NCBI RefSeq assembly: GCF_037042905.1
Contig: NC_087250.1
Span: 7,380,001-7,444,000, forward strand
Source of the DNA: Lytechinus pictus
Taxonomy: Eukaryota
Direction: 5' to 3'
Length of the DNA stretch: 64,000 nt
The notes under the pieces are model-generated. The model was given only the letters and a program-made list of their open reading frames with translations, was not told the origin of the DNA and ran no database searches. Below are positions 25,701 to 34,868 of the stretch, in pieces. A program made the translations under genes and the position numbers. Every line of letters starts with the position of its first letter. The stretch's first letter is position 1.

Positions 25701-28700
25701 TCGTCCTCTTCCTAATGTTTCTCTTTTATTTGCCACGATGAGTCCTTGTCACGTGACATGCCTTTCCGTTCATGTACCGCCATGTACAGTAAACCGACCC
25801 CCATGCATCTCCCACTTCCCCTTCTCTCTTTTCTTTCAAGCCATATCTCCTGTTTCTTATGATATTTTCAACCGAGGAACCCCCCTCCCCCCTGATCCCC
25901 TTCCCATTATTTTGTTCAGTTATTAATAGATTTCTTAATCTGGTACTTACCGTCTAGTCTGCAAGCGCAGACTTAAATTTGACACTTCGTAGAAAAACTT
26001 ATGCCCCCGGGGGCCACTTCCATTGACGAGTGGAACACATGCGCGACCATGAGGTCTCAAAAAGCATCCTAAAAACGTATTTTCCATACTTTGAAAATAA
26101 ACCCTAACCTTAACAAGTATTGGAAACAATAGTATTGGCAAGTATTCCCTGAATTGAACCCCTAAACAAGTACAGTGATATTTCAATTGTATGTCAGGGA
26201 CGTCGGTCGTCGGTTTTACCTTTGCCTAATATACATCATTGGGTTAAGTACAGCCCCACTCGCGCAAATCGTACTCTATACACGTATTGTTGAATCTTGG
26301 GGGTAAAAAGTACATCCTTTCTAAGACATTTTAGTCTTGATTTGTTATACACTCGCAAATTTGAACCTAAACACGTAGCTTTCCTATCGAAAATAGATAC
26401 CCTTTTTTCATTATTTAATTGTTTTTGACACCCTTATTACGTTACGTACGTAACGTGCCCTATCTTGAAAAAGACATCCTTTTTACGTGTTTTTTGTCGC
26501 GCATGGTATCCACTCGTCAATATAAGTGCTTTCCCCGCCCCCGGGCTTATGCCATGTCTGTGGTGGAGACTATTATAGATTTTGACATAATTATATTTAA
26601 CCCTTCTCTCTTAACTTTTCTTTCGATTTTTTTTTTCTTGGTCATGAAAAATTCATACAAATTCGTGAAATCACGTTATAATATGATATTCCTCAAGTTT
26701 GCATTTTATTATGCAGATATGACCAAGTTCAGTATGGTGAAAATACCTTGAACGTTTAGTTTACGTTTCAATGTAACTTAAAGGACAAGTCCGCCCCAAC
26801 AAAATGCTGATTTGAATAAAAAGAGAAAAATCCAACGAGCATAACACTGAAAATTTCATCAAAATCGGATGAAAAATAAGAAAGTTATGACACTTTAAAG
26901 TTTCGCTTAATTTCACAAAACAGTTATATGCACATCCTGGTCAGTATGCAAATGAGGAAACTGATGACGTCATCCACTCACTATTTCTTTTGTATTTTAT
27001 TATATGAAATAGGAAATATTGTAATGTTCTCCTCATTGTCAAGTGAAGCAACGATCAAGTCCTCCCTGAACATGTGGAATTAGCATTTTTTAATACTATA
27101 TCAGTATATGGTTCAGTCAACTTGGTCCTCATTGTCAAATCTGTAAAAAATGAAATATTGCATACTTCAAACAATAAAAAAAATGAGAAATAAGCAAAAT
27201 TTAAAATGTCATAAATTTCTTATTTTACATCCGATTTTGATGAAGTTTTAAGAATTATGCAAGTTTGATTTTTCTCTATTTATTCAAATCAACATTTTTC
27301 TAGGGTGGACTTGACCTTTAAAACACCTTCCAAGTCGGCGCTAAACTTACTGTAAACATTATTTGTAGACAGGTAATACGTACTACAGGGCTATGCTATG
27401 ATTTTCAAGTAGTGAACAAAAAAGAAATGGGAATTAACAGATGAGGAAAGAGAAGAATATCGAAAAGAGACCTTGACCGTGTGTTAGCTATATTATTCAT
27501 TGAATAAAATCACAGATTATGTTATTGTAATAATGTAAAATAATAATAATAATATAGAGCTTTTACATATCACTTAATACAATACAGTTTCTAAGCGCTT
27601 TACAATTTAAACAGAACGTGAATAAAACAAGTACAATATAATCAATTTAAATAGAAACAAAGTATGAATATAAGTGTGCAACTTTAAGATGTAACTAATG
27701 TCAATTATATGAAAAAAAATCAATAAATGATATAGGAAGAAAATTACAAATAACTGGTAATTATTAGTGTAAAACAAAAAAGATGTAATGAAATATCAAT
27801 CATATAACAACGACAATAATGTTCCTCCATAGATGTTTGAATGGACATGCAAACCAAGTCTTACGTCTATTTCTCACCACGCCCCAACCCCCTCTCTCTC
27901 TCTCTCAATCACTCCCTCACCATCTACAGGTTGCAATCGTCATTCCATATCGGGACAGATTGGAACATCTCGGAATTCTATTACGTAATCTTTACCAAGT
28001 ATTAACTCTTCAAAACCTTGAGTTTGGCATCTTCGTATCGGAACAGGTGAGTCAGCTATCCCGTTCGAATTGTAATCCATCTCAGGCGCGGAACGATGAG
28101 GGGTGGGGGGAGCGAGGGGGCACGTACAGGTTAGGTACAGTTTAAATAAGTAGGATTTAAGGGCTGTTTTGAATTTGTTATCTGAATCAACTATTTTCAG
28201 GTAATTTGGGAGTTTGTTCCAAGAACGAATTTTGGATGCGCCCCTGCTTCGGCAATATGCAAGAAGGCGGCAAAAAAGCGACAAATTACGTACATACACT
28301 TCTTCCGATGGCGTAAATATTATAATTATACGGGGTCAAAAATGCAAGAGCCCCCCTTTCTCCACTAATTTTACGGATATGACCTATATACAGAATCCTG
28401 TCTAGTTATTTCCACTATATTGATGCAACATTGCGTAATTGCAGTATTTTGAGCTCATACCATTGCATATGAACGGGGTTGCTTATACATACTGATTTTG
28501 CATTTTGCGGTCTTGGCTTTAGTGGCGTAAAGAGCTAAAATGATGATGATGATTACGATGATGATAATGAGGAGGAGGAGGAGGATGATGATGATGATAT
28601 TGATGAATACGTTGCTGATCGATGCTGATGATGCACTGGCGAAGCTGATATTTTTCAGGGTGTTTCGAAATTTCATGACATCACTGAATTAAATAAAAAT

Positions 28701-31700
28701 AGTTAGGACCTCTCATGTATTCTCGAATCAATTTGATAGAGCTCCAATTCGGATTTTTCTGCATATCAAACCGTTCGAGTAAAAAAACTTGAGACCTCGA
28801 AAATCCCTGATATAAGATATGCCATAAGCACATGATTGTTATTTATGACCTGAAATAATATGTTCTCCCCAAAAAACTGATACCATATTCATGTGGTTAG
28901 ATGGCCAGGAGGTATTCTTTGCAGCGATGTACATTTTGATTTGCGCCAAATTACAGCATGACTGCACTGAATGGTTCCAGATGTCATAATCCTATAAGGG
29001 TTGCATTAAAATCAAATTCAATAGATAATTATTTTCAGTAATTTACATTATAATTGTTTAATAAGCACACTTTAGTAGCAATTCTGAAGTTAGTTTAATT
29101 GAAAATGGATTTGCAATTATGTTTGCTAACTCATGTAGGATTTTGACATTGGCATCTGGATTCATTCATTGCAGTCTCGCCTTTTTTTTTGGGGGGGGGG
29201 GGCGCAAGTCCAAATTTACATCACTGCAATAAATACCTACTGATTATCCAAGCGTGAAGACTTACCACATAAATATTGTATCAAATTTTTCGGGAGAAGT
29301 TACTTTTCCGGGAACAAATCTAACGATTATGCATTTATGACATATTTATCCTTAAAATGGGGATGAGTGAGGTTTCAAGTTTTTTTTTTTACTCACTCGG
29401 TATATGAACGCAAGGATAACCAATTCCGTTTTAAAGAGAGTTGTCTTGATTTTTAGCTCATTGTATATTCTATCTTTTTTTTCTTCTTCTTAATTTAGAA
29501 TTATAATAATGCTTACAACCATGTTTTACTAAATAATATCGGAAACAGAATTCTGGCCTAGTTTTTATTTTTTATTTTTTTTGTATTCGAATTTGACATA
29601 ATATTCAGCAAATTAATATCATAATAATATGAATATATGTATTGCGCCGGTATCCATCATGAAAAGATGTTCATGGCGCAATAAAGAAAAGAAAATAAAA
29701 AGAAAAGGAAAAGAAGGAACATATAAAACCTACTAAAAAGATAATCATGCACTTCCCTTTCCCTATTTTACCCTCTCTATTATTTTTTTTTCTTTATTTA
29801 GGCCAACGATAATGTTTTTAACCTTGGTCTAGTAAATGACATTGGATACATGGAATCAATCAAATTCGGCCTTTTAAAAGGAAAATCTCTTTTTTGTGAT
29901 AGAAATTGAGTCAATATTCACCAATCTTAAATGATATCATATTTTACCATTGTCTCTATCCCTATTTTCTTTTTTAGTTTCCCTTTTTTTCTTCATAATT
30001 ATGTTCAGTATTTGTATTTTCCATTTGAATTGTATACATGGTAAAGATGCTTGTATTTTGTTTTGTTTTATGTCATACAGGGCCCCCAAGTACAACAGTA
30101 TTTGACTTCTGATGGGGTTACCCTGTATAAATAATACCAAATAAATACATTATTGGCCAACGATAATGTTTTGAACCATAGTCTATTAAAGAATATTGGA
30201 TACATGGAATCAACCATGTTTGGCCTTTTAAAAATAAAATCTCTTTTTTTGTGATAAAAATTGAGAGAAAATTCAACAATCTTAAATGATATCATATTTC
30301 ATAAATTTCTCTTTCCCATTTTTCCTTCCTTATTTTCTTTTTTTTCTTCATAAAGGCCAACGATAATGTTTTGAACCATAGTCTATTAAAGAAGATTGAA
30401 TACATGGAATGAACAAAGTTTGGCCTTTTAAAAGGAAATCTTATTTTGTGATAGAAATTAAGACAAAATTCAACAATTTATGATATCACATTTCACCTAT
30501 TTTCCGTTTCTCCCTCCTTATCTTCCTCTTTTTTTCTTCATTTAGGCCAACGATAATGTGTTTAACCGTGGTCTATTAAAGAATATCGGATACATGGAAG
30601 CGACCAACTTTGGGTCGTGGGACTGTGTGATATTTCATGATATCGACCAGATACCGATGAGGGCGACAAACTGGTACGGCTGTGACGAGATGCCAAGACA
30701 CTTGTGTGCGTACGCAGAAGAGCTGGGATTCAAGTAAGTAAAACATTCACATTCAACTGCATTGGAATATAGATACCAGGGCCTCGTCTTACAAAGAGTT
30801 TTGTTTTTATTGGGTTTTCATGATTTTGTGTTACAAATCACAAATAAACAATACAAAGTAACTAAAGAATACAAAAATAAGAAATATAAAAGAGCAGCAT
30901 ACATCGTTAGTTTACATTAGAAAACGTACAGCATATCAACAAATAACAAGGGATTAACCATGTCACTTTGTCTCTTCTAAGTATTCCTCATACAGGCAAG
31001 AATGTAATAACTGAGGGTCCCGATTTACAAAGAGTTAAGATTGATCCGATCAATCACAACTATGGGAAGTCTGGAACCCCAACACCTAGAATTCATGTTT
31101 GTTCTAAATATTTTCTAGATATGATGTACATTTTTCTTTAAAATTCAATGTGCTTCTCTTTGCTTACAAAGGACAAGACGTGAAAATTTCGTGTGGAAAA
31201 AAATTATGACATTGATGGATTTCAATAGAGGTTGATCAGATCAATCGTAGCTCTTTGTAAGACGGGCCCAGTTGTGAAATCTCAAACCTTAACTCAACTT
31301 CGTAATGACTGTACCCCGGGACTGTATTACAAACACTTGGCAACCGAGTGCGAAATGTGACGTCACAGCTTTTGTCAGCGTATCATTGATCGGGGGGGGG
31401 GGGGGGGGTTGACTACCGGTATATCTGGGTCACACCCTCAATCCAACGTTTATCCAATCACAGATCAGCGATGCGTCTACGAATTAAATGCATACGCCAG
31501 TTCTTATAGGGCCTTCAATATGAGCATATAAACTAGAACCATTAAAACCCACTGATAATGAATATCTATATCCTGACATAGCAACGCTAGTAAGGAATAA
31601 TGTAGTCAGGAATGGGCATGTTCTTGTCAAATTTGATTAGGATTTAAGTGACTCAAGTAACTCTGTGCCTGCAGATTATCAGCCAATCATTGTTTTTACT

Positions 31701-34547
31701 AGTTGGTTCAGATATTCGGGCATAACTTTCGAACTTTTTTGCCATTTTTTAACGACACCGTGGCAGCATTTCGTCAACAATTGTCTTATGATAATTATTT
31801 GTCGGATCTGACAACATTCCTTGGTTTTGATTGTTTGAAATAAAGATCTCGGACGTGTACTATGGAAACTGTCGGATGAAACCTACTTTATCCGACCACA
31901 TATGTTTTACCCGACAGTTATGACATAAATTGTACTCTTCAGCCAATCAAATCCAAGGAAAATGTTCAGATCTGACTCTTTTTCTGACGAAACACTATCC
32001 TTGTCTTTGCCCATTTACTTGTATTTACGAATATTAGTGGTTTGGCCCAACGAACGTAGAGGGCGTCAACACCATGCCAGAGCCAGAGCCACTGACCTGA
32101 AAATTGTCCACTTCAGTGGGCAGAGCCATTAAAGGTCAAGTCCACCTCAGAAAACTGTTGATTTGAATTAATAGAGAAAAATCAGAGAAACACAATGCTG
32201 AAAATTTCATCAAGATCGGATATAAAATAAGGAAGTTATGACATTTTAAAGTTTTGCTTATTTTTCACAAAATAGTTGTACGCACAATTTAGTCACATGG
32301 GAATGAGAGAATCGATGACGTCCTTCACTCACTATTTCTTTTGCTTTTTTATTGTTTGAATCATACAATATTTCGATTTTTACAGATTTGACAATATAAA
32401 GAGCAACTTGACTGAACCATAAAATGTTAAACAGTGGTAATCCCACATGTTCAGGGCGAAATAAAACTTTGTTTCACAGGACAATGAGGAGAAAATTAGA
32501 ATATTTCATATAACAAAATACAAAAGAAATAGTGAGAGACGTCATCAGTTCTCTCATTTGCGTACCGACCTGGGGGCCGTTTCATAAAGCTGTTCGTAAG
32601 ATAAGAGCGACTTTAAGAACGACTGGTGAACCTTTCTTACGCGCTAAACCATCGCCAATGAATATACCATTTACCACAAGAAAGGATCAACAGTCGTTCT
32701 TAAAGTCACTCTTAACTTACGAACAGCTTTATGAAACACCCACCAGGATGTGCATATAACTATTTTATGAAATTAAGCAAAACTTAAAAATGTCATAACT
32801 TTCTTATTTTACATCCGATTTTGATGAAATTTTCAGTGTTGTGCTTGTTTGATTTTTCTCTTAATCAAATCAACATTTTGTTGGCGTGGACTTGTCCTTT
32901 GATAGCTCTGCACTACGCAAAGTGTTGACGCCATCTACGGTCGTTGTTTTGGTCTTGCAGAGAAAAGTTTGCTCATTTTCATTTTCTTTCTTTAGATTAC
33001 TCTACGGAAACATATTTGGCGGAGTTGTCGGGCTAACAGCAGAACAGATGAAGAAGTCAAATGGATATTCTAATGTTTACTGGGGGTGGGGTGCCGAGGA
33101 CGATGACCTTCGATCAAGACTCGCTAAAGTGGAATATAAAATTCATCGAGCGTCGGGCGAAGGCTACTACAAAACGTTGAAACATAAGAAGAAGTCAGCG
33201 AGCCAGATCTGCCCTGAAAGGTAAAATCAAATCAAATTATTTGTCTTTATTTAAATAAGTGCCCATGTGAAAAATTACTTTATACTCTGATATCGTCATT
33301 TGTATTCATTTGATATTCAGTAAGCTTAATGAATTTATTTATTAAATGATTTATTTGTATATTTCATTTACAGATTTATTTTCTAGTCCTTATTAACCTT
33401 TACAATTCTATTCCATAATACTAGTATGGAATAAAATTACTAATTATAAACCAAAATATTTTGGTTTTTTTTTGGTCATGCATGTATACACACTAAGAAA
33501 TTGGGGTTTAAATTTAAACCCTAGGGGTCGATACAATAGCAGCACGCTAAGGGGTGTTAATGAGTGAAATTATTCTCATTTTTGCACATTTAGTGGGTGC
33601 AGCTAGCTACATCACGCACCCTACCCTAATATTGTGCAGAGATAAACCATATAATAAAGGTGCAAATTTGAACCTTGTATAACGTCAGGTACTATCAACC
33701 TTGAAATGTGAAAGGTTGCACATTTTAGGGTGCAAACAAACATTTCATGGTTCAAAAATATTAATTTATACAAACAAAATGCATTTTTTGCACACGTTTT
33801 CAACTTAGGGTGCACAATTACGCTCGAAGAGATAATACCATTCGTTTCCGGTGCAAGATTTCTCAGTGTACTTGTGCATATTGTCGAACTTATTTTTTAA
33901 CTTATCTAAGACAATATTTATAATATTTACAATTAAGTTTATGTAAATAAATGCGCACACATTTTGAAAGCTGTCATACTTATGTTGACGGTGCACATGC
34001 GAGTTTATCATTATATTTAAAGGAAAAGCATGTTCTGAATTCAATAGTGATAATTATATTTTTAGATATTATCACGGTGTCTACACCTTTTAGGTGTATA
34101 CCGGAACAAAATTTAAAAAAATCGGTATTAAAATCATGTCGAATCTTAGACCGATATATAGGTCTATTTCTGTCAGCGATATGCTCCGCTGAGACTTCGT
34201 CTGGCTCCGTGGCATAGGAGGAGGACAAAAACAATCAGAAAATGTTGAAAAACTCCTCCGAAACAGCGGATTTAATCAGTCTCGTCGAATCTATACCAGA
34301 AGAAATTCATTCGATTACTATATTATCAAATAGAAGAATTGTTTGTAATTATTTATCTTGTTTTATTCCCCGCCTCTTTTCACGTTGTAGGTTTTGTTTG
34401 TTTAGTCGATTCGCTGAACGGATGGAGTGGGATGGCATTAGCAATACACGATACACAGCCAACGTTACGCTCAATCTACTATTTACTCACATAGCAGTTG
34501 ATGCAAGAAAGGAAGACTGGAACATATTTCCGAAATGCCAGAAGTAA
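1444..34547 (+). CDS. GT7-family beta-1,4-galactosyltransferase / beta-1,4-GalNAc-transferase-like gene, spliced; join(1444..1571,3789..3833,5078..5164,6823..7091,27930..28046,30546..30733,32996..33220,34391..34547); 5' partial
   Basis: All eight exons have AG acceptors and GT donors (last ends at TAA), with compatible phases, giving one open frame of 404 full codons. It shows a type II TM segment and the GT7 motifs GGRWKPTNCKPKWK|VAIVIPYRDRLEHL, FNRGLLKNIG, CVIFHDID, MPRH, FGGV, GYSNVYWGWGAEDDD and DGI. The WK|VA and WDCVIFHD stretches resemble the B4GALT5/6 branch. The first three exons are less certain than the catalytic ones. Confidence 0.88.
1993..2211. mobile_element. Palindromic CACTG MITE, family A (degenerate copy)
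   Basis: Homologous to the copies at 34604-34844 and 37821-38061. Confidence 0.8.
2593..2976. mobile_element. TTAA-target MITE family K1 (Kolobok-like), internally deleted copy
   Basis: Ends aggtcaagtccacc / ggtggacttgtcct followed by ttaa. Homologous to five other copies in the window. Confidence 0.8.
3210..3366. mobile_element. MITE with CTG target duplication (PIF/Harbinger-like)
   Basis: ctg|gagggcatttcatgaa ... tgatgaaacgctccc|ctg, with imperfect TIRs. Related decayed sequence lies near 31760-31990. Confidence 0.6.
3493..3758. repeat. 22-bp minisatellite, about 12 copies
   Basis: Unit ttttctttaagggagcttatgg repeated with variants. Confidence 0.9.
3789..3833 (+). CDS. GT7 gene 45-bp stem exon
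   Basis: ttttgtttgtag acceptor and g|gtaagc donor; phase 1-1; GLNVSSSLPKGCPTI. Confidence 0.6.
3870..4477. mobile_element. TTAA-target MITE family K2 (Kolobok-like)
   Basis: Right end cagcccggagtacccct|ttaa. Homologous to 35096-36644 and 60367-60973. Left boundary is approximate. Confidence 0.6.
5078..5164 (+). CDS. GT7 gene 87-bp stem exon
   Basis: Strong polypyrimidine tract plus cag acceptor; weaker g|gtacgc donor; phase 1-1; DCACTTGPRQNRLKTQPSSDGKCTTHSRF. Confidence 0.55.
5990..6305. repeat. Degenerate (CA)-rich simple repeat
   Basis: cacacac/ctcacac runs; explains the His/Thr-rich ORF. Confidence 0.8.
6823..7091 (+). CDS. GT7 gene exon: stem and start of catalytic domain
   Basis: ttag acceptor and aag|gtaagg donor. 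The open frame ends GNYTYSPGGRWKPTNCKPKWK, the conserved GT7 N-terminal motif. Confidence 0.9.
7149..7384. mobile_element. Short hAT-like MITE (CACTGGCGG...CCGCCCCTG)
   Basis: Same ends and layout as 15665-15862. Confidence 0.65.
7769..8704. mobile_element. Non-autonomous TTAA-flanked DNA transposon, 936 bp
   Basis: Perfect 16-bp TIR GGACGTTCCACAGTTA / TAACTGTGGAACGTCC, TTAA on both sides, and an internal repeat aaatccatgtcattttcaccaaa. Confidence 0.85.
9488..9595. repeat. (TTGA)n microsatellite
   Basis: Direct tandem repeat. Confidence 0.95.
9900..10030 (-). mobile_element. SINE body fragment (V-domain-like); second copy at 18220-18316
   Basis: Two homologous copies. The minus strand reads gtgccctttggtaaggcatttatcc...ccctcggagaggaccttaaaccgttggtcccc. 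Confidence 0.55.
10565..10826 (-). mobile_element. tRNA-derived SINE with Deu/Nin-like core
   Basis: The minus strand has A/B-box-like head (cgtggtttactgg...gggttcaaatccc), core cgacccagctggggtgattgggtacccg and an AT-rich tail. A partial copy is at 59755-59975. Confidence 0.75.
12800..14403 (-). mobile_element. Tc1/mariner DNA transposon (DD34E), 1604 bp
   Basis: Perfect 25-bp TIRs (CACTGTTGGTCATAAAGGTGGAATA) flanked by TA on both sides (12798-99, 14404-05). Encloses a transposase ORF and sits antisense in the large GT7 intron. Confidence 0.96.
13100..14095 (-). CDS. Tc1-family transposase, probably C-terminally defective
   Basis: Likely ATG at 14095 (MPGPTATAIRERVV). Has the HTH region, GRPR motif, VFMDESRF, QDDNARPH and SPDMNPIE, with 34 residues between the second D and E. 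The normal end RGGHTRY* is in another frame (13131-13154). Confidence 0.9.
   Translation of the reverse strand: MPGPTATAIRERVVALRQEGYKQTDIAEVLEISQDAVSKILKRQREAWNVRPRKSPGRPRLTTRRDDRQLLNFSRRNRKLPTSRLRCLWRRHHGINVSRSTVNRRLLQHGYRARRLNKCPRLSVRHRVARLLWAREHRRLHPGHLQHVVFMDESRFILDREDGRQRVRRLAGENLHDECIHETTQGGGGSVMIWAGIHYGGKTPLVVLDGNVNATAYIDILEFHCLPYARRVYGHNFRLQDDNARPHRAAAVREFLEAEGVVQLPWPACSPDMNPIEHAWDALGRAINDREVIPQNLQELADALREEWDAMPVDGVDIPDTSDRVRTMTQV
15665..15862. mobile_element. hAT-like MITE with 8-bp TSD
   Basis: attctaag|cactggcggacc ... ggatcggcccctg|attctaag. Confidence 0.85.
15962..16458. mobile_element. CCCT...AGGG MITE with cactgtg-type internal repeats and 2-bp TSD (EnSpm/CMC-like)
   Basis: at|ccctgctgga ... 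tcaagtaggg|at. The end motif resembles 40731-41621. Confidence 0.55.
16700..16820. repeat. (TAT)n microsatellite
   Basis: Direct tandem repeat; source of the poly-N and poly-I ORFs. Confidence 0.95.
16872..17134. mobile_element. MITE family Y (gggcccgtcttacaaagagtt ends)
   Basis: Homologous to copies at about 2480-2590, 30780-31269, 50270-50688, 55760-55995 and 56030-56300. Confidence 0.75.
18998..19314. mobile_element. Palindromic CACTG MITE family B (2-bp TG TSD) with nested insertion
   Basis: tg|cactgtaaaaatgaagtgctaa ... ttagcacttcattttttacagtg|tg. An uninterrupted copy is at 34869-35033. Confidence 0.85.
19109..19251. mobile_element. hAT-like MITE with 8-bp TSD
   Basis: ctcgtagt|cactggcgtaccta ... 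taggtacgctagtg|ctcgtagt. Confidence 0.88.
21174..21410 (-). mobile_element. 3' fragment of an L2/CR1-type LINE
   Basis: The minus strand translates ARVFSASAPSLWNNLPLNLRIISSLETFKSKLKSYL (typical ORF2 C-terminus), then a short 3' UTR and a (TTA)n tail. Confidence 0.75.
22620..22739. repeat. (GATA)n microsatellite
   Basis: Direct tandem repeat; source of the YLSI-repeat ORFs. Confidence 0.95.
23196..23778. mobile_element. Fold-back TTAA-target MITE (Kolobok-like)
   Basis: ttaa|aggagaatgaaac ... gtttcattctcct|ttaa, with about 200-bp imperfect inverted arms (ttggcaatgcgaccaagatctgtgat / atcacagatcttggtcgcattgcc). Confidence 0.85.
23895..24494 (+). mobile_element. MITE family K1, full length
   Basis: ttaa|aggacaagtccacccc ... 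ggggtgggcttgacct|ttaa. Confidence 0.88.
24828..25442 (-). mobile_element. MITE family K1, full length, inverted relative to 23895-24494
   Basis: ttaa|aggtcaagtccac ... ggcggacttgtcct|ttaa. The interior is the reverse complement of the neighbouring copy. Confidence 0.88.
26006..26545. mobile_element. Non-autonomous DNA transposon with CCCGGG termini and 8-bp TSD
   Basis: cttatgcc|cccggggg ... ccccggg|cttatgcc, with subterminal IR ttgacgagtgga..catgcgcgac / gtcgcgcatg..tccactcgtcaa. Confidence 0.85.
26782..27317 (+). mobile_element. MITE family K1
   Basis: ttaa|aggacaagtcc ... ggtggacttgacct|ttaa. Confidence 0.88.
27930..28046 (+). CDS. GT7 gene catalytic exon
   Basis: ctacag acceptor and cag|gtgagt donor; VAIVIPYRDRLEHLGILLRNLYQVLTLQNLEFGIFVSEQ. 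Confidence 0.93.
28135..28250 (-). mobile_element. LINE ORF2 C-terminal remnant
   Basis: The minus frame reads WNKLPNYLKIVDSDNKFKTALKSYLF. Confidence 0.55.
29760..30545 (+). repeat. Three decayed tandem copies of the intron end plus 5' part of the DxD exon
   Basis: gccaacgataatgt...ggatacatggaa occurs at 29802, 30156 and 30356, and in the true exon at 30546. Confidence 0.92.
30546..30733 (+). CDS. GT7 gene catalytic exon with DxD motif
   Basis: tttag acceptor and aa|gtaagt donor; ANDNVFNRGLLKNIGYMEATNFGSWDCVIFHDIDQIPMRATNWYGCDEMPRHLCAYAEELGF. Missed by the ORF track. Confidence 0.93.
30801..31024 (-). mobile_element. 5'-truncated retroposed insertion with 12-bp TSD inside a family-Y MITE
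   Basis: ttacaaagagtt at 30789-30800 and 31025-31036. The minus strand ends AATAAAAACAA. Confidence 0.7.
32133..32898 (-). mobile_element. MITE family K1 carrying a nested family-X MITE
   Basis: ttaa|aggtcaagtccacc ... gtggacttgtcct|ttga, interrupted at 32573-32743. Confidence 0.85.
32573..32743. mobile_element. MITE family X, 171 bp, CWG target (PIF/Harbinger-like)
   Basis: ctg|ggggccgtttcataaagctgttcgtaag ... cttacgaacagctttatgaaacacccac|cag. Other K1 copies have an uninterrupted cc[a/t]gg at this site. Confidence 0.87.
32996..33220 (+). CDS. GT7 gene catalytic exon with WGWGxEDDD motif
   Basis: tttag acceptor and ag|gtaaaa donor; LLYGNIFGGVVGLTAEQMKKSNGYSNVYWGWGAEDDDLRSRL...YKTLKHKKKSASQICPE. 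Confidence 0.94.
34391..34547 (+). CDS. GT7 gene terminal coding exon
   Basis: ttgtag acceptor in phase 2; RFCLFSRFAERMEWDGISNTRYTANVTLNLLFTHIAVDARKEDWNIFPKCQK*, matching the typical GT7 C-terminus (DGL..L.Y...LYT.I.VD). Confidence 0.9.
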
Positions 34548-34603
34548 TGGACTAGAGGGAGATGACAAAAAAAATGGCTTAAAAGTTGCTCGACTGGCAA
34601 CTA

Positions 34604-34844
34604 CACTGCAAAAACTCCGGTGTTGATTTAACACCAGCCCGGAATATATATTATATCCACACCAGAGAAGTGTTAAACAACACCAGTTCGTTTTGGTCTA
34701 ACACCAGAATGGTGTTTATACAACACTAGTTAGTATTAAACAGCATCGGTTTGATTCCAAACTGGTGTTGTTTCAATACTTCTCTGGTGTGGACAAATAT
34801 AGATTCCGGGCTGGTGTTAAATCAACACCGGAGTTTTTGCAGTG
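34604..34844. mobile_element. Palindromic CACTG MITE family A, 241 bp
   Basis: ta|cactgcaaaaactccggtgttgatttaacaccagcccggaat ... attccgggctggtgttaaatcaacaccggagtttttgcagtg|ta. Confidence 0.92.
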
Positions 34845-34868
34845 TATGGTATGCCAGGCAAATTTGTA

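Noticed and set aside
34604..34844. CACTG MITEs as derivatives of the Tc1 element
   Set aside because: Similarity stops after 5 bp, and related elements show non-TA 2-bp TSDs.
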